The position numbers were made by a program, and so were the translations under genes. Of a stretch of 64,000 nucleotides of DNA, positions 25,656 to 39,119 are shown piece by piece. Source of the DNA: Stegostoma tigrinum (Eukaryota). The notes beneath the pieces are model-generated. The model was given only the letters and a program-made list of their open reading frames with translations. It was not told where the DNA came from and did not search any database. The stretch is taken from assembly GCF_030684315.1 (NCBI RefSeq), contig NC_081399.1, positions 6,124,113-6,188,112 on the forward strand, in the 5' to 3' direction. Position 1 is the first letter of the stretch, and every line of letters starts with the position of its first letter.

Positions 25656-27044
25656 TTCACAAAATATTACCTGGGTTTGCTGAAGTAACAGGTTAGCATT
25701 AATACCACAATGCTATCACCTTCCCAGCTTTCACCAACAAATGTAGGAAAGCAAGGCATTTTTAAAAGGTAGGAGTAATGATTGACTCTTTGAAGAACCT
25801 AGTCAGTTTCTTTTCACATGGATTGCAGAAAGTTGAAATGTAGGGTGTTTTTTTTTTCATTTCTCAATGTAGATGCTCCTGGTGAGGATGCTCTTAATTG
25901 TCCTAGCAATGACAATATTGGTACAACAGACTGGCTTGCAAGGCCACTTCAGCGAATTCACTACTTCACCTTTCGCCTGGAGGCCCATTTGGTTTACATT
26001 TTGCTCTTTGCCTACTTATATACCTGTCAAGGTGTCTCTTAAATGTAGCTATTGTTTCCGCCTCCCCAACCTTCTCTGGCAGCGCATTCAGGCACTTACC
26101 ACCTGCGTGTAGAAAAACCTCACGCTCATATCTCCCTTAAACTTTCCTCCTTTATCACCTTGTAATTGTCATGTGTCTTTTCCCTGGGTGATAAACTTTG
26201 ATTATTCATTTTGCCCCTGACCGTCATAATTTTGTAAACTTCTATCAGGTTATCCCTCTTGCTTCAATGTCCAGGTTAAAGTAATTCATGTTTGTCCAAT
26301 CTGTTGTCATAGCTAATGCCCTCCAAACCAGGCAATATCCTTGTAAACTTTTTTTTTTTACTTTCTCTACAGCCTCCACATCCTCTGGTTGTGTGGAGAT
26401 GGGAATTGGATACAATATTCCAAATGTGGCCTTACTAAAGCTCCTATTAAATCTATGATTGAATTCATTGCACCTGACTAAATTTAGTGTTAGTATTTGG
26501 ATGGAAGCTGCCAAGTCAGTGACTCGCTAAGCCCAGTTTTATTCCAACTCTCAGAAAGACCATTACCTTTCATTCAACTCTCGTGTCTGCTGCCAGTAAC
26601 TCGGCACTTTGTTGCTTCCTGAATGAAAGCCTTGCTCTATTTGAATCCTTTGATTGAACCACCTTCCACCATACAGTCAGGCATGTCGTTATTTCAGGGA
26701 TTAACCAGTTTTCCAATCATCTTTGAAATGTTTTTGCTTTCTATGTAGATAGTAACATGAAGGATTGAAGTGTGATAACACAAGGAGTTATCAAGGGAAG
26801 AAATGGTTTGCGTTGTTTTTAGTGATAGGCCTTTGTGGTTCTATGAATTAACAAGAACTTTCTTATAATTTACACTGGAATATCTTCGATGAATGTGCAA
26901 GAGAATTTCGTCTAGCAAATCTACAGTATAGGAATGCATCCATGCATAGGCAATCAATAGCTTAATGAAATACCTTTTGTTGGGTGTTTATTCAGGACAT
27001 AATCTCATTTATGATATTGAATACTTACATCAATGCAATCTTAC

Positions 27045-27151
27045 CTTGGACTTCCAAACAATCATTGACACGAACAGCGCATACAGGATGCTTTTGCAAA
27101 TTACAATAAGGTACGTCACTCTAGCTGTTGTCATGTTCTGGAATTTAGCTT
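27045..27151 (-). CDS. TRBC: TCR beta constant exon 3 (TM): EAKFQNMTTARVTYLIVICKSILYALFVSMIVWKSK
   Basis: Acceptor cattcactccacAG and donor GTAAGA. 107 bp, phase 1 to 0. Conserved TM Lys and Tyr residues. Confidence 0.96.
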
Positions 27152-29946
27152 CTGTGGAGTGAATGCAGTGAAAAATTTGGTATTCCTCTTCACAGGCAAA
27201 AAGGGTTTTTAAAAAACCTACATTTGCTAAAAGGAACACCGTTTCCCATCATGAACCCAAGGTTACATTGGAATAAGAAGCTTGACATGGCCCAGGACAA
27301 AACAATCAACTTGATAGGCACCTTATACACAATCATCCACTCCTCCCCGCCCACCCCAACACCGGTGCTGATTAACTACAGTATATACCATCTACAAGAT
27401 ATATTGAAGCAATTTATCAAAGATCCCCAGATCTTCTATCTAGAAGGACAGGGCATGAGAAGCATTTGAACGCCCCACAACCTTCAAATTCCCTTCTAAG
27501 CCACTCACTATTCTGATTAGGAGATATAGCACCTTTCCTTCATTGTGACTCAGTCAAAATCCTGGAACTCCCTCCCCAAGGGGATTGTGGATCAATCTTC
27601 AGCACTTGGACAGCAGATGTTGAAGAAGACAACTAACCACTGCCTTCGCAATGGCGACCAAAGACGGGCAATAAATGCTGGCCCAATCAATAATCCCCAC
27701 ACCCCACAAAAACAAATTTTTAAATGTAACTAAGAAAAGACTTTGCTTTTGATTCAATGACTACAGAATTACTTCATTACAGCATTTATGCTGTATTAAG
27801 ACATTATAACCACTACAAGTATCTATATACTATTCTGAGATGCTTTGAGAAATAATAAGTGTTGACCCCACAATATAAGGAAAAGGCTGAATTGGAAATT
27901 TGACCAGAAAGAATGTGTGAGTTTTGACTAAGTGAGTAGGATATACTTTGTCATGAAATCATGGTGAAAATGCTGTTTCAGAATTTCAGCTCCATAATCT
28001 AAATTGATGTCCTGGAAACAGGGTCTGCTCATAATAGGATGTGTTATATTTCAGATAGAATGCAAAGCCAAGGGGACAGCTGTTGTGTTGCCCATACATA
28101 CAAAAGCTGCAACAATTTTCGTTCTTCTCAGAGCTATGGACAAAAATATACATTCCTCAGAAAACATCAACAACAATGATCTGGTCAGTTAATATTCTGC
28201 CTGAAGGACTTTGGCTCCCAGGGGCTCTCTGTGGACCAGTCAAGTCAGCTTACATTTTGTTTCTTTATCTCCATACATTGTAATTCAAAAGGTGGGTTGA
28301 AGGAGTTGAGGCTGTACCTTTGGAGAGAAGAAGGCTGAGAAAAGATCTTCTAAACATTTTCAAAATCCAGACTAATTTGACCCTGATCTAATTTGTAGAT
28401 CAAAATAAACCGTTTCCACTCGGAGAAAGGATCAAGGTCACGAGGGCATAGATGTAAAGTGATTGCAAAAGAAATGTGAGTTAAGAGAGAAAGAATTGAT
28501 ATTTTGCAAAGCCAGTAGTTACTGACAGAAGACCACAAGATATAGGGGCATAATTTGGCCGTTAATCCTACGGCATCTACTCCGTTATTCAAGCACTGCT
28601 GGCATGTTTTTCAACCTCATTTCCTGCCTTCTCTCCATGACCTTTGATTCATTTCCCAATCAAGAATATATCAATGCTTGCCTTAAACACACCCAATGAC
28701 GTTGCCTTACACCCCTCTGTGGGAAAGAGTTCTACGGATTTACCAGTCTGAAGAAATTCTTCCTCATCTCAGTTCAAAATGGTTGTGCTTATACTGTGAG
28801 AAATTGCTGTCGGGCCCTAGCCCCTCCTTTTAGAGAAAATATCTTTTCCACGCCTCCTCAATTCAAGCCTTTCAGGATTCTGCAAGGTTCAAACAGATTC
28901 ACCTCATCTTTCAAATTTAATTGAATTGAAACCCAGTGTCCTCAACCACTCCTCGTATAACGAGCAGTTCATCCCTGGGATCATTCTGGTAAACTCCTTT
29001 GGACCTTCTCTAAGGCTAGCACATCCTTCCAGTTTTAGCCTCAGAACTGCTCACAATATTCCATTTTGTTGCCTGGCCAACATGAAATGAATGTAAGCAT
29101 CTCATTTGCCTTCCTAATTGCTAATTGAATCTGCACCTCAACCTTAAGAGAGTCCTGAGCTAGAACTCCAAATTTTCTTTGTTCTTCAGATTTCCTAAAC
29201 ATTTCCCCATTTAGAAAATCACCTATGCCTCTCTTCTTCTTACCTAAGTGCATAACCTCACATCACATTCCATTCCATCTGCCACGTCTTTTCCCAATCT
29301 CCTAGCCTGTTGTGGTCCTTTGCGGTGCCCCTGCTTCCACAACATAAATTTTCCCTCCATCTGTGATAATGTGGTGTAGACAGTCTCAACTGAGGCATTG
29401 AAAATGGTATTAGATGAATATTTTGATATAAATCGCATTCAAGAGGATTGGAAAAGGCAAGAGATTGGCATTAGGCAATGATAGTCCTTCGTTGAATTGG
29501 TGCAGACAGAATGGGCTGAATGGTCTTTTTTGCTGTGTACGTTATTTATTTATACTATATGCACGTCATCTGTCCTGTAAAAAGCATTGACAGCTTTAGT
29601 TTCCAGTTCATTTCGAGCTCCAAGTCATGACCATTTCTAAATGTCAAACAGCTCATTCGTGATATCGTCCCTACATTTCTTGATTTTGAGTCCAATAGCA
29701 CTCATGCTGTCAGGTAATGGTTTCTCTACTTTAGTTTCCCAAACCCGACTAACTTAACACCTAAACCAGATGTACTTCCAAGCTCCTGGTCTCTAAGTAG
29801 AACAAACCAAGAGTCTCCAACTCAACCCTCCAGGTGACATCACACATACCCACATATCTTCAGAATTGCATTCGCAGTTCGAAGACAACATATCCCCTAA
29901 GAAAGAGTCCTTACAAGAAACAGGAAGAAGCAGTTTTGAGGCTCAC

Positions 29947-29967
29947 CTTTACTCATGCTGCAGATTT
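29947..29967 (-). CDS. TRBC: TCR beta constant exon 2 (hinge EICSMSK, interchain Cys)
   Basis: Acceptor tcatttctttcAG and donor GTGAGC. 21 bp, phase 1/1. Confidence 0.93.
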
Positions 29968-30436
29968 CTGAAAGAAATGAGATATGCAAGCAGTTAATAT
30001 CAGAACGTAAAATCATAGATACAATAAAGAAGAGGCCATTCAGCTCATTACATCTGCAGCACCAAATAATACTACTGCTAACACTGTCTCACTTTCTTTT
30101 TCTTCTATCTCTCATTTTGTTGCTCAATCCCTCCTGCCATTAACAACTCGCATTCATTAAACTTGACTGTGCTTGACTGTTGAATTACAGCAGGAAAATG
30201 TTTTTCAATCATCATGTAAAAGCAGATCAAGAGCTGGAGGAAACAATGATACTGATATGCTGTGACTGTTGTTATCTTTATAACATTTACATTGAGCTCT
30301 ATTTTCTTCGTGAGGGATTCAGTGATTTAATGGATGCTAGACTTTATGATCTGCTTGGCATTTCATTTGAAAGAGCATGGGAGCTTTATAAAACTTTCTT
30401 TGAAGTTTAAAATACGCTTCTTACTCACGAACATAC

Positions 30437-30781
30437 CAGCATTGAGGTAAAGCTTTGACGTGTACAAAGTAGGCTGTGATCCATTTGAATAATGATTAAC
30501 GCTGCACTCAACTTTCTTCAGATTGGCCCATTGTTTTTCGCTGAATCTTATCCGACTGCTGACTCTGTAGGATTTACCGTCTTTCTGTATGATGGATTCA
30601 GGGTCTGACTGAATTGTCGGGTCATTCTCCAGCTTCATCTCACCGTTGACATACCAGCGGATCTCAATGTTGTCAGGGTAGAAGTCAGTGATGAGGCACA
30701 CCACGGTCGCTTTCTGTCTCTCTCGCAGCTCTGCTGGTGATGGTTTGAGGATCATGACATTGGGAAATCTAACCAGGTGCT
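30437..30781 (-). CDS. TRBC: TCR beta constant exon 1 (Ig C1-set domain)
   Basis: EHLVRFPNVMILKPSPAELRERQKATVVCLITDFYPDNIEIRWYVNG...SYRVSSRIRF...W...VECSV...NA contains C-beta hallmarks (KATxVCL, FYPD, SSRxR). AG acceptor at 30782-83, GTATGT donor at 30436. 345 bp. Confidence 0.97.
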
Positions 30782-31707
30782 CTGCATGATGAATAAACAA
30801 AGAAAGTGCAAATGTAGGTGACGTGAGGCAAATGATTGTCATCCAAAAATTATAAAAATCTTTCTACATTGGAACGTGCACAAGTGGAGTAGGAGTAGGC
30901 CAGTCCAACCATTGAACAGATCCTATCATTTCAGAAGGGTCAACCCCAAGATGAATGAACCATGTTTCCACCTACCTGTGAGAACATTTGACCCTGATGT
31001 TTTACAGATCTATCCACCGCTGCTGTTTTTTAAAGTATTACAAAATTTGTCACCCTCTGTGCAATCAGAGGTGTCTAATATCTCCATTTCAAGCGGGCTA
31101 TTCCATTTGCTTTTCATTAGTGATGTCTTGTTTTAGATTCTTCCACTAGAAGAAACATTTTCTACCATCATCCGCCTTGTAAGTACCCCTCAGGATCTAA
31201 TATGCTTCTTTCCTGTCGGTTATTCCTTGTTTAAACTCCAGTGGATACAAACCCAGACTCAGCCTTTCCAGGCATTAGTCTCGTGCACATTTTGCAAATT
31301 CCTTCCAATGCATTTACACGCTTCTTTAAAGAAGGAGATCAACACCGAAATCAAAATGTTGATTGTGTTTGACCAGCACAGACTCGATGGACAGAAGCGT
31401 TATTTTCTGTGCTGTAGAATTCTGTAACTCAATGATTGCTCTTGGTTTGGTCTCAGGAGTGCCCAGCATAATTGAAGCACAGCCTCAAAAAAATTGTGGC
31501 CAATTGATCTCGCAAAATGCAATAGCATTACAAAAGTTTTCCTGATTATCTGTTGTATCCATTGGCAACCTTTTGTGATTCATAAACTACGACTTCTAGA
31601 TCTTTCTGCATCTCAGAACTGTGTATTCATTAACAATTGAGATAACATGCTACTTTACTGTTCCTCCCAAACTAGTGCCTATCATTATTGTCCATTACTA
31701 AACAAGA

Positions 31708-32822
31708 GATAACAAGCTGTCAAGCTGGATGAACACAGCAGGCCATGCAGCATCAGAGGAACAGGAAAGCTGAATTTTTGGGTCTGGACCCTCCTTCAGA
31801 AATGGGGGAGGGGAAGTGGATTCTGAAATAATAGGGAGAGATAGGGAGGCGGATAGAGGATTAATTAAGGAGAAGACAGGTGGAGAGTAGACAGACAGGT
31901 CAAAGAGGCAGGTATGGCGCCAGTAAAGGTGAGTGTTATGGAGAGTTATGGTGGGGAAAGTTCAGTCCAGGAAGGACAGGCAGGCCAAGGAGGTGGGATG
32001 AGGCTGGTAGAAAGGAGGTGAGGGTGCGGCTTCAGGTGGGAGGAGTGGATAGATGAGAGGAAGGTTGGACATGTTAGGGGGTGGGGATGAGCTGTGCGGT
32101 TTATGGGATGCAGTTGGGGGCAGGAAGATTTTGAAGCTTGTAAAGTCCATATAGATACCATTGGGCTGCCGGGTTCCCAAGCGAAATACCTTCAGGTGGC
32201 ATCGTTGTGGCACTGCAGGAGGCCCAGGATGGACATGTCATCTAAGGAGTGGGAGGGGGAGTTGAAATGGTTCTTGACACAGGTGCAGCTGTTTGTCGTG
32301 AACTGAGCATAGGTGCTGCACAAAGTGGTCCCCCTATTTCATTTGGGAACCCTGTAGCCCAATGGTATCAATGCGTGCTTCACAAGCTTCAAAATCTCCC
32401 CACCCCCGGCTGTATCCCTAAACCAGCCCAGCTCATTCCTGCCTCCCTAACCTATCTGTCCTTTCTCCCACCTATCCACTCCTCCCACCTCAAGCCCCAC
32501 CCCTACCTCCTACCTAGCATCCTCATCCCGCCTCCTTGACCTGCCTGTCCTTCCTGAACTGACATATCCCCGCACTAACTCTCCACCTAAGCTCATCTTT
32601 ACTGGCTCCATCCCCACCTCTTTGACCTGCCTGTCTCCTCTCCATCTATCTTCGCCTTTATTCATCTTCTATCCACCTCCCTCTCTCTGCCTATTTACTT
32701 CAGAACCCCCTTCCCTTCCCTGATTTCTGAAGAACGGTCAAAGCCTGAAACGTCAGCTTTCCTGCTCCTCTGATGTTGCTTGGCCTGCTGCATTCATCCA
32801 GCTCTACACCTTGTTATCTCAG
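31708..32822. mobile_element. Penelope-like element remnant forming a ~1.1-kb imperfect inverted repeat in the J-C intron
   Basis: Arms of about 450 bp are mutual reverse complements. The minus strand encodes HLKVFRLGTRQPNGIYMDFTSFKI, resembling the Penelope ORF C-terminus. Confidence 0.75.
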
Positions 32823-34044
32823 ATTGAACGGCATCGACAGTTCCCACTATCTCTGTCCATTAATAAATTTGAGCCCACTCAATTTATCTGCATCCAATTG
32901 CAACCCCCTACTTACGTCATTCACACTATTGAGTTTCTTACCTGTTCTTTTCTTGTGAACAGATCTAGAAATGAGACGATTCGTCTGATCAGTAAGTCAT
33001 CACCTTAAATTCGACGAAGGCAGGTCCCCAGCACTGATCCCTGTGACACCCCACTGCTCATTTCTTGCACTGAAGAAAGTGATCCTGTTATGACTATTCC
33101 ATGCTCCCAGTTAGGAACACCATCTTCTATCCATGTCAATATGTTGCCCACTATTCCATGAGTTTCTCATTTCCACAATAAGTTATTAATTTACAACCCA
33201 TAAACTGCCTTCTGGCTATGTAAGGCACAATGCATTCACTAATTTCACTCCATCCACAATACTCACTGCTCCCTCAAAGAAATTATTTGGTTAAACATGA
33301 ATTCATTTTCACAAAACCACGCCCTATTCCCGGATCTTTTCTAACTGCATGCTGTAACAGATTTAATTATAGCTTTAAACACCTGACAAATGTTAAACTA
33401 ATTGGTCAGGGTTCCCCTGTATTATTTAGAAGTTACATTCACAATTTTATAATGTTCATTAATTTCGCAGCTAATGGAATCTTCTGATATCAAGGGAAAT
33501 TTGATCATTTAAAACAATCCATCAAATATCACGCTAGTCAGTTTTCAACAGCCCTGGGATGAAGGCCAGGAGGACTCAGGGACTTGTCAACGTGCAGATT
33601 ATTCACTATCATTTCTCTGAAGTTTTTTATTTCCTGTATTGCTCCATCTGTTCTGTTTCAATCATTAGAAACGTTTTTGAGATTTCACTTTCACCCACTA
33701 CATTGCTGACTGACATATCAAGATAGTCTATCTGTCATCTCCTTATTTTGTTGTCATTAATTCAACAGACCAATAATCGTTTTATTACTTCAAAACTATG
33801 TTTATTGAAAACTCTTAATGTTTCATTCATCATGCAGTTTTAGTCCCCTTACTTGTGGAGGGATGTATGTACATTAGAGACACGTAAGAGGAGGTTCACT
33901 ATATTGACCACTGTTGACGGTGTTGTTTTATGGAGAGGGTTTGAGCAGTTTAGGACTATACTCTCTGGAGTTTAGAAAGAAGAGAGGAAATCTAATTGAG
34001 GTGTTTTCAGATGTGACTAGCGATTGACAAAACAGACATAGAGC

Positions 34045-34267
34045 ATAACACGATGTGAAGCTGGATGAACAAAGCAGGCCAAGCAGCATCAGAGGAGCAG
34101 GAAGGCTGACGTTTCGGGCCTAGACCCTTCTTCATTTTTTTCTGAGGAAGGATTTAGGCCCGAAACGTCAGCCTTCCTGCTCCTCTGATGCTGCTTGTCC
34201 TGCTGTGTTCACCCAGCTTCATACCTTCTTATCTCAGATTCTCCAGCATCTGCAGTTCTTACTATCC
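34045..34267. mobile_element. Palindromic Penelope-derived element
   Basis: ctggatgaac...gacgtttcgggcctag / ttaggcccgaaacgtc...gtgttcacccag inverted arms. Confidence 0.75.
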
Positions 34268-37200
34268 ATGAAAATATTCATCCCCTTTTTTCAAATTAGG
34301 AAAGTAACAAAAGTAATTTCAGAAACTTATTCTGAACTTTTACAAAACTCTGTTGGTTCATAAATTGAGCATAACTTCCGTTTCTTGACTGTTTGATTCG
34401 TAAAGAATATTAAGTCCTTGAGAACATGCAGAGGAGTTTAATTCTAATGTGAATGCACTTCTTAAGCCAAACAGAAGTCGCTCCCATGTAATGTCTTTAT
34501 GAGAACAATGTGTCACAAATTTAAGATTTAGACAGGGATACATCAGGAGGTGAGAGCAGACTTCTTTCTTAGTAGATGCAGTGACGCTTAAGGACTTGGA
34601 TCGTGGCTGCATACAAGAATTGAGGAAGTAGAGTTAATCAATGATTTTAGAAGGAATTTGAATGAACACTTGACTAAACAAATTTGCAGGTCTACGGGAT
34701 AGCTTTGGTAAATAGGCATAGCTGAAAATCTTTGCAGAAATCAAGTATAGATTCGATAGGCCAAATCTCTACCTTCTCTGCCAAAAAGAAGTCTATTGCT
34801 CGCTGTCTCAGCCCAGTTTAATCTTTTACGTGGAATGTGATGTAAAATGAAAACAGGACATTCATGGAATGATACAAGAGAGATAGTGGATAATTGGTCC
34901 ATTATGTTAATGATGATTCTTCTGTTGTGTTGTTCAATTAAGCCACTTCTTCAGTAGCACTTAAAGTAGCACATTTCAAACTTTTTCTCGATGTGCGTGG
35001 TTATCTGTACATTTTAATCTGCTTCCATTACGTGACAGAGTCTATTTTGTGTCACCAGAACTCACAGTTTAGATTGTGTTTCCATGTCATCACTGTGATT
35101 ATTTTGTAATTCACTTTAAATATGTGACCTGTAGGCCACATTCTCTGCTGCCATTGTAAACGATTCTGCTTATTTGCCAACACAGAATCAATGATTTTGA
35201 ACTACATGACCAGGTAGAGGCAAAAGATCTCCTTTGCTAAAGGAAATTGGCATACCAAATGGGTTATGGTGACAATTGAAAATATTTACATGATTTTCAT
35301 TAGATCAGTTATAAATTCCAGTTGTTTTAAAATAGAATTTAAATTTAAATATCTTGCTGTGGTTCGATTCCTACTAATGTCCGGGAGGACTATCCTGTAC
35401 TTCTGCATTAGTAGCCCAGTGAAAATACCACGAGAGAACTATTCACTCTAATCTGTAGCTTTATTTAAATTGACAAAACTTGTGCCTGCCTTTTAACAGA
35501 CTTCCAGTGCAACATTTCTATTAAGAATGAAAGCATGGCTTGTCGGAAGTGAAAATGAATTCTACCATGTGTAAAGCCAACATTTATTCCCCTACACATC
35601 TCCACAAAAAACATGTACAATTTACTTCCTGTTTATTTTGCTTTTCTTTGCAAGGGAGTCACAGAGATGACAATACTCAATTGTTTTATTCAATGTTATA
35701 ACACTGTCTGCATTTCAAAAGGACTTCATTGGCTGTAAAGCCGTGAAGTACTTTTGGGTATCACAGATTGTTAGACAGCTAAAGTAATGCAATTTTCTCT
35801 GACATCCTTTAAGATCCAACACGACCTTGAAGATAGTGATATATTTAACTGTATATCATTAAAGTATAGGTCATTTAGAGAACGTTCACTAGATAATTTC
35901 AGAGATGAAAGGCTTCTTTTAATCGGAGACATTGTCAGTTTATACCTGCAGTCACTAGAGTTTAATAGAATGAGAGGAGATCTAATTGAAGTATATAAGA
36001 TACTAAATGAGATTGACAATGGGATGTTTATTCATGTGAGGCAATCTCGAATGAAAGATAATAGTTTTCATATAAGAGTTTAGCATAGAATTAAAACAGA
36101 GATAAGTAGGAATTACTTCTCTCAAAGGGTTGTGAATCTGGGGAAATCCATTGTCCAGAGTGCCATGGATGCTAGGGCATTGAGTAAATTTAACGAGGGG
36201 ATAGACAGATTTTTAATAAGTAGTGGGATGAAAGGTCATGAAGAGTGGGCAAGGAAGTTGAGTTGAGGCCGAGATGAGATCAGACGTGATGGTATCAAAT
36301 GTTGGAGCAGACTCGAAGGACTGAACTGTCTGTGCCTGCTCCCAGTCCTGATGTTCTAATTAAAAGCAAATAAATAATGACAAATTTGTTAAGACACATT
36401 TGGAGGACAGTGGAATGTTCTGGCATGCATAACTGTTGCTCTTAAAGTACTCCTGGCAATGTTCATAATTCTTATCTAGAATTACCTTCTTAACACCACA
36501 CTGGAGTCACTGAGCACAATTAAACTTACATTTTCCAACTATGTTGCGAACTATTGTTAACTTGATGATATTCTCATTGAAAATGAAGCATTATATGGTA
36601 ACCGGCAGCTGAAGACTGCAACACAAGGCCATTAAAAATTGGAACTCAACAAGGGTTGAGAGGAAATATTCACATTGTGGTAATGCCACTGGACTGTTCA
36701 TCTAAAGAATCAAGAGTTTGGTCTCATTATATAAGAGGATGGTGAAATTCAAATACAATTAATTCATACATACATAATTAACAAAAAGTATGGAAATAGA
36801 ATCTGAGCATAGGAACATGAGACCAGGAGTTAACCATTTAACCTCTGAGTCTGTTCAATGTGATCACAGCTGATCTGTTTCCTAACTCCATATAACTTCC
36901 TTGGGCCATAGGCCTTGACCTGGCGCTTCACAAAAACTTTTTTTTTTATTTTCCATTACAGATTTAAAAACAATTGAATTAGTGCAGACTGTGATTTGAG
37001 GAAACAATTTCAAACCTATTTCTTGTGTATAGAACTGCTTCCTAACATCTCTGTCGAATGAGCTACCCTAATTCAGACACAATGCCCGATGGATCCAGAA
37101 TCTTCAACCAGTAGAAATAGTTTATCTTTATTTATTTTCTCTCTCCCTGTTAGTATCCTGTATACCTCAAATATATTACTCCTTAACCTTCTAAATTCTA

Positions 37201-38558
37201 GAGAATAAAGGCTTATCTGTCTTGCCTGTTTTCATAACTTAAGCCACGAAATTAAGTATCAATCTTGTAAATCTGTGTTGAACGCCTTCCAGGGCCAAAA
37301 TGTCTTTTCTATGGTGTGGTATTCTGATCTATTCACAGTGCTCTAGGGGTTTGTATAACTGCACAAAACATCTTCATTCCTACATTCCAGCCCTTTAGAT
37401 ATGAAGCCAATCTTCCATGAGCATTATTGATGATTTTTTTTTAATTAGCTTCTGGATCACCAAATCTCATTGCACATCCACTGTATTTAACTTTATGCCT
37501 CCTAAATAAAGCCCTGATTTATCTTGTTTATTTTTCTGAAATAGGTAAAGTCATACTTGCTTATATTGAATTCCATTTGCCACAGATTTGCCCATTCATC
37601 TAACCTATCAATATATTGCTGTAAACATATGTTGTTGTTGGCATTTTTTGCAATGCTACCCGAATTTTGTGTTTGCAGAAAAATTGGAGATTTTAATTTT
37701 TATCCCATTACCCAATTTGTTAATGAATATTGTGAATAATTGAGATCCCAACACAGATTTCTTCATAGAAATAGCATTCATGATCATAAATCCATTAACA
37801 ATTCTCTTTTTTAAAAAAACCATCTGTTTCATTTCAGGGAGGCGATCTGTCACCATTAGTCAGTCCACCTCATGTATAACTGCAGACCCACAGTAGTGTG
37901 GTTGACTATTAACTGCCCTCTGGGCAATTAGGGATGGACATTAAATTATTTTTCAGCCAAAGACCCCCACATCCTGTGAGAAAGTGTATAAAAATATACC
38001 CCAGCAAGTGTTTCCGAACTACCAGCACCAATCTCAAACTCCAAATCTTGCAACCAACAACATAAATCCAATTTCGACAGTGTAGTCATTCTAATGCAAA
38101 TCAGAACTGGACCATGCATTAACAAAAATAAACTAATGGCATGTCTCTGAAGCAGAATTTATAGTTTTCTTTTATACATCTTTATCTATTTTCATGTCTC
38201 TGTCCCTACATGATCTTGGTTGAATGTGGCTCCTAGCCATTAACGTTAATTTGATTCAGGACTCTTGGGTCTTATCGCACGTTGAAGTTGCAGACTTCCT
38301 TACTTCCCTAACTGCATTATTCCCAGCTCACATTTATAGCAACTAAAGATTCATTTTTGTAATATTTACAGGGAAGGAATGCGAATAGAAAGCGCAAGCC
38401 ACTAATGTCCAAGTTCAGAAATATTCTTAACCTGAGGCAGTGAAAAGTTTAAAAAAAAAAGATGTCTGTGTTCTCTCAGTCTGAGCCAGGAAGAGGGAGA
38501 AGCTCACAACAAGTACAAATCAAAACATTAATTGTGAGCAATGCAATCATTAGAAATG

Positions 38559-38858
38559 GGCGGCACGGTGGCTCAGTGGTTAGCACTGCAGCCTCACAGT
38601 GCCAGAGACTCAGGTTCGATTCCAGCCTCGGGTGTCTGTCTGTGTGGAGTTTGCACATTCTCCCCGTATCTGCGTGGATTTGCACCGGTTTCCTCCCAGA
38701 GTCCAAAGATGTGCAGGCTAGGTGGATCAGCCATGCTAAATTGTCAGTAGTGTTCAGGGGTGTGGGGGTTATAGGGGGATGCTTCTGGGTGGGATGCTTC
38801 AAGTGGTGGTGTGGACTTGTTGGGCCAAAGGGCCTGTTTCCACGCTGTAGGGAATCTA
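38559..38858 (+). mobile_element. tRNA-derived shark SINE (HE1/V-SINE-like)
   Basis: ggcggcacggtggctcagtggttagcactgc (A box)...ggttcgattcc (B box). The 3' end gggccaaagggcctgtttccac resembles a CR1 tail. Confidence 0.88.
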
Positions 38859-39066
38859 ATCGAAAATTGAGTGGATATAGTAGGTGAGACAATCCAAGTG
38901 AGGACTAATGTAATGACTCAATAGGGCGCCAAATTGTCAACGCTGGAAAAAAAATCGAAACTCTTTTCGGCAATGCTGGGCAATGACTCAAAATGTTTTC
39001 TACGCCAACTCCCGTCAAACTGGAGCAAGTAATTTTAAAAAAAGACATTTCGAATTGGCCACCCAC

Positions 39067-39119
39067 CTGTAACCATCAATGTGGTTCAAATGCCAAATGT
39101 ACAATCGTAAATATTTGAT
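39067..39119 (-). pseudogene. TRBJ: TRBJ pseudogene (SNIYDCTFGI*TTLMVT)
   Basis: 53-bp paralog of the J at 40989-41041. The second Gly of FGxG is mutated to TGA and the heptamer has decayed to AACATTG. GTGGGT donor retained. Confidence 0.8.

Noticed and set aside
38559-38630. tRNA-like A and B boxes
   Set aside because: Heads of tRNA-derived SINEs, not tRNA genes.
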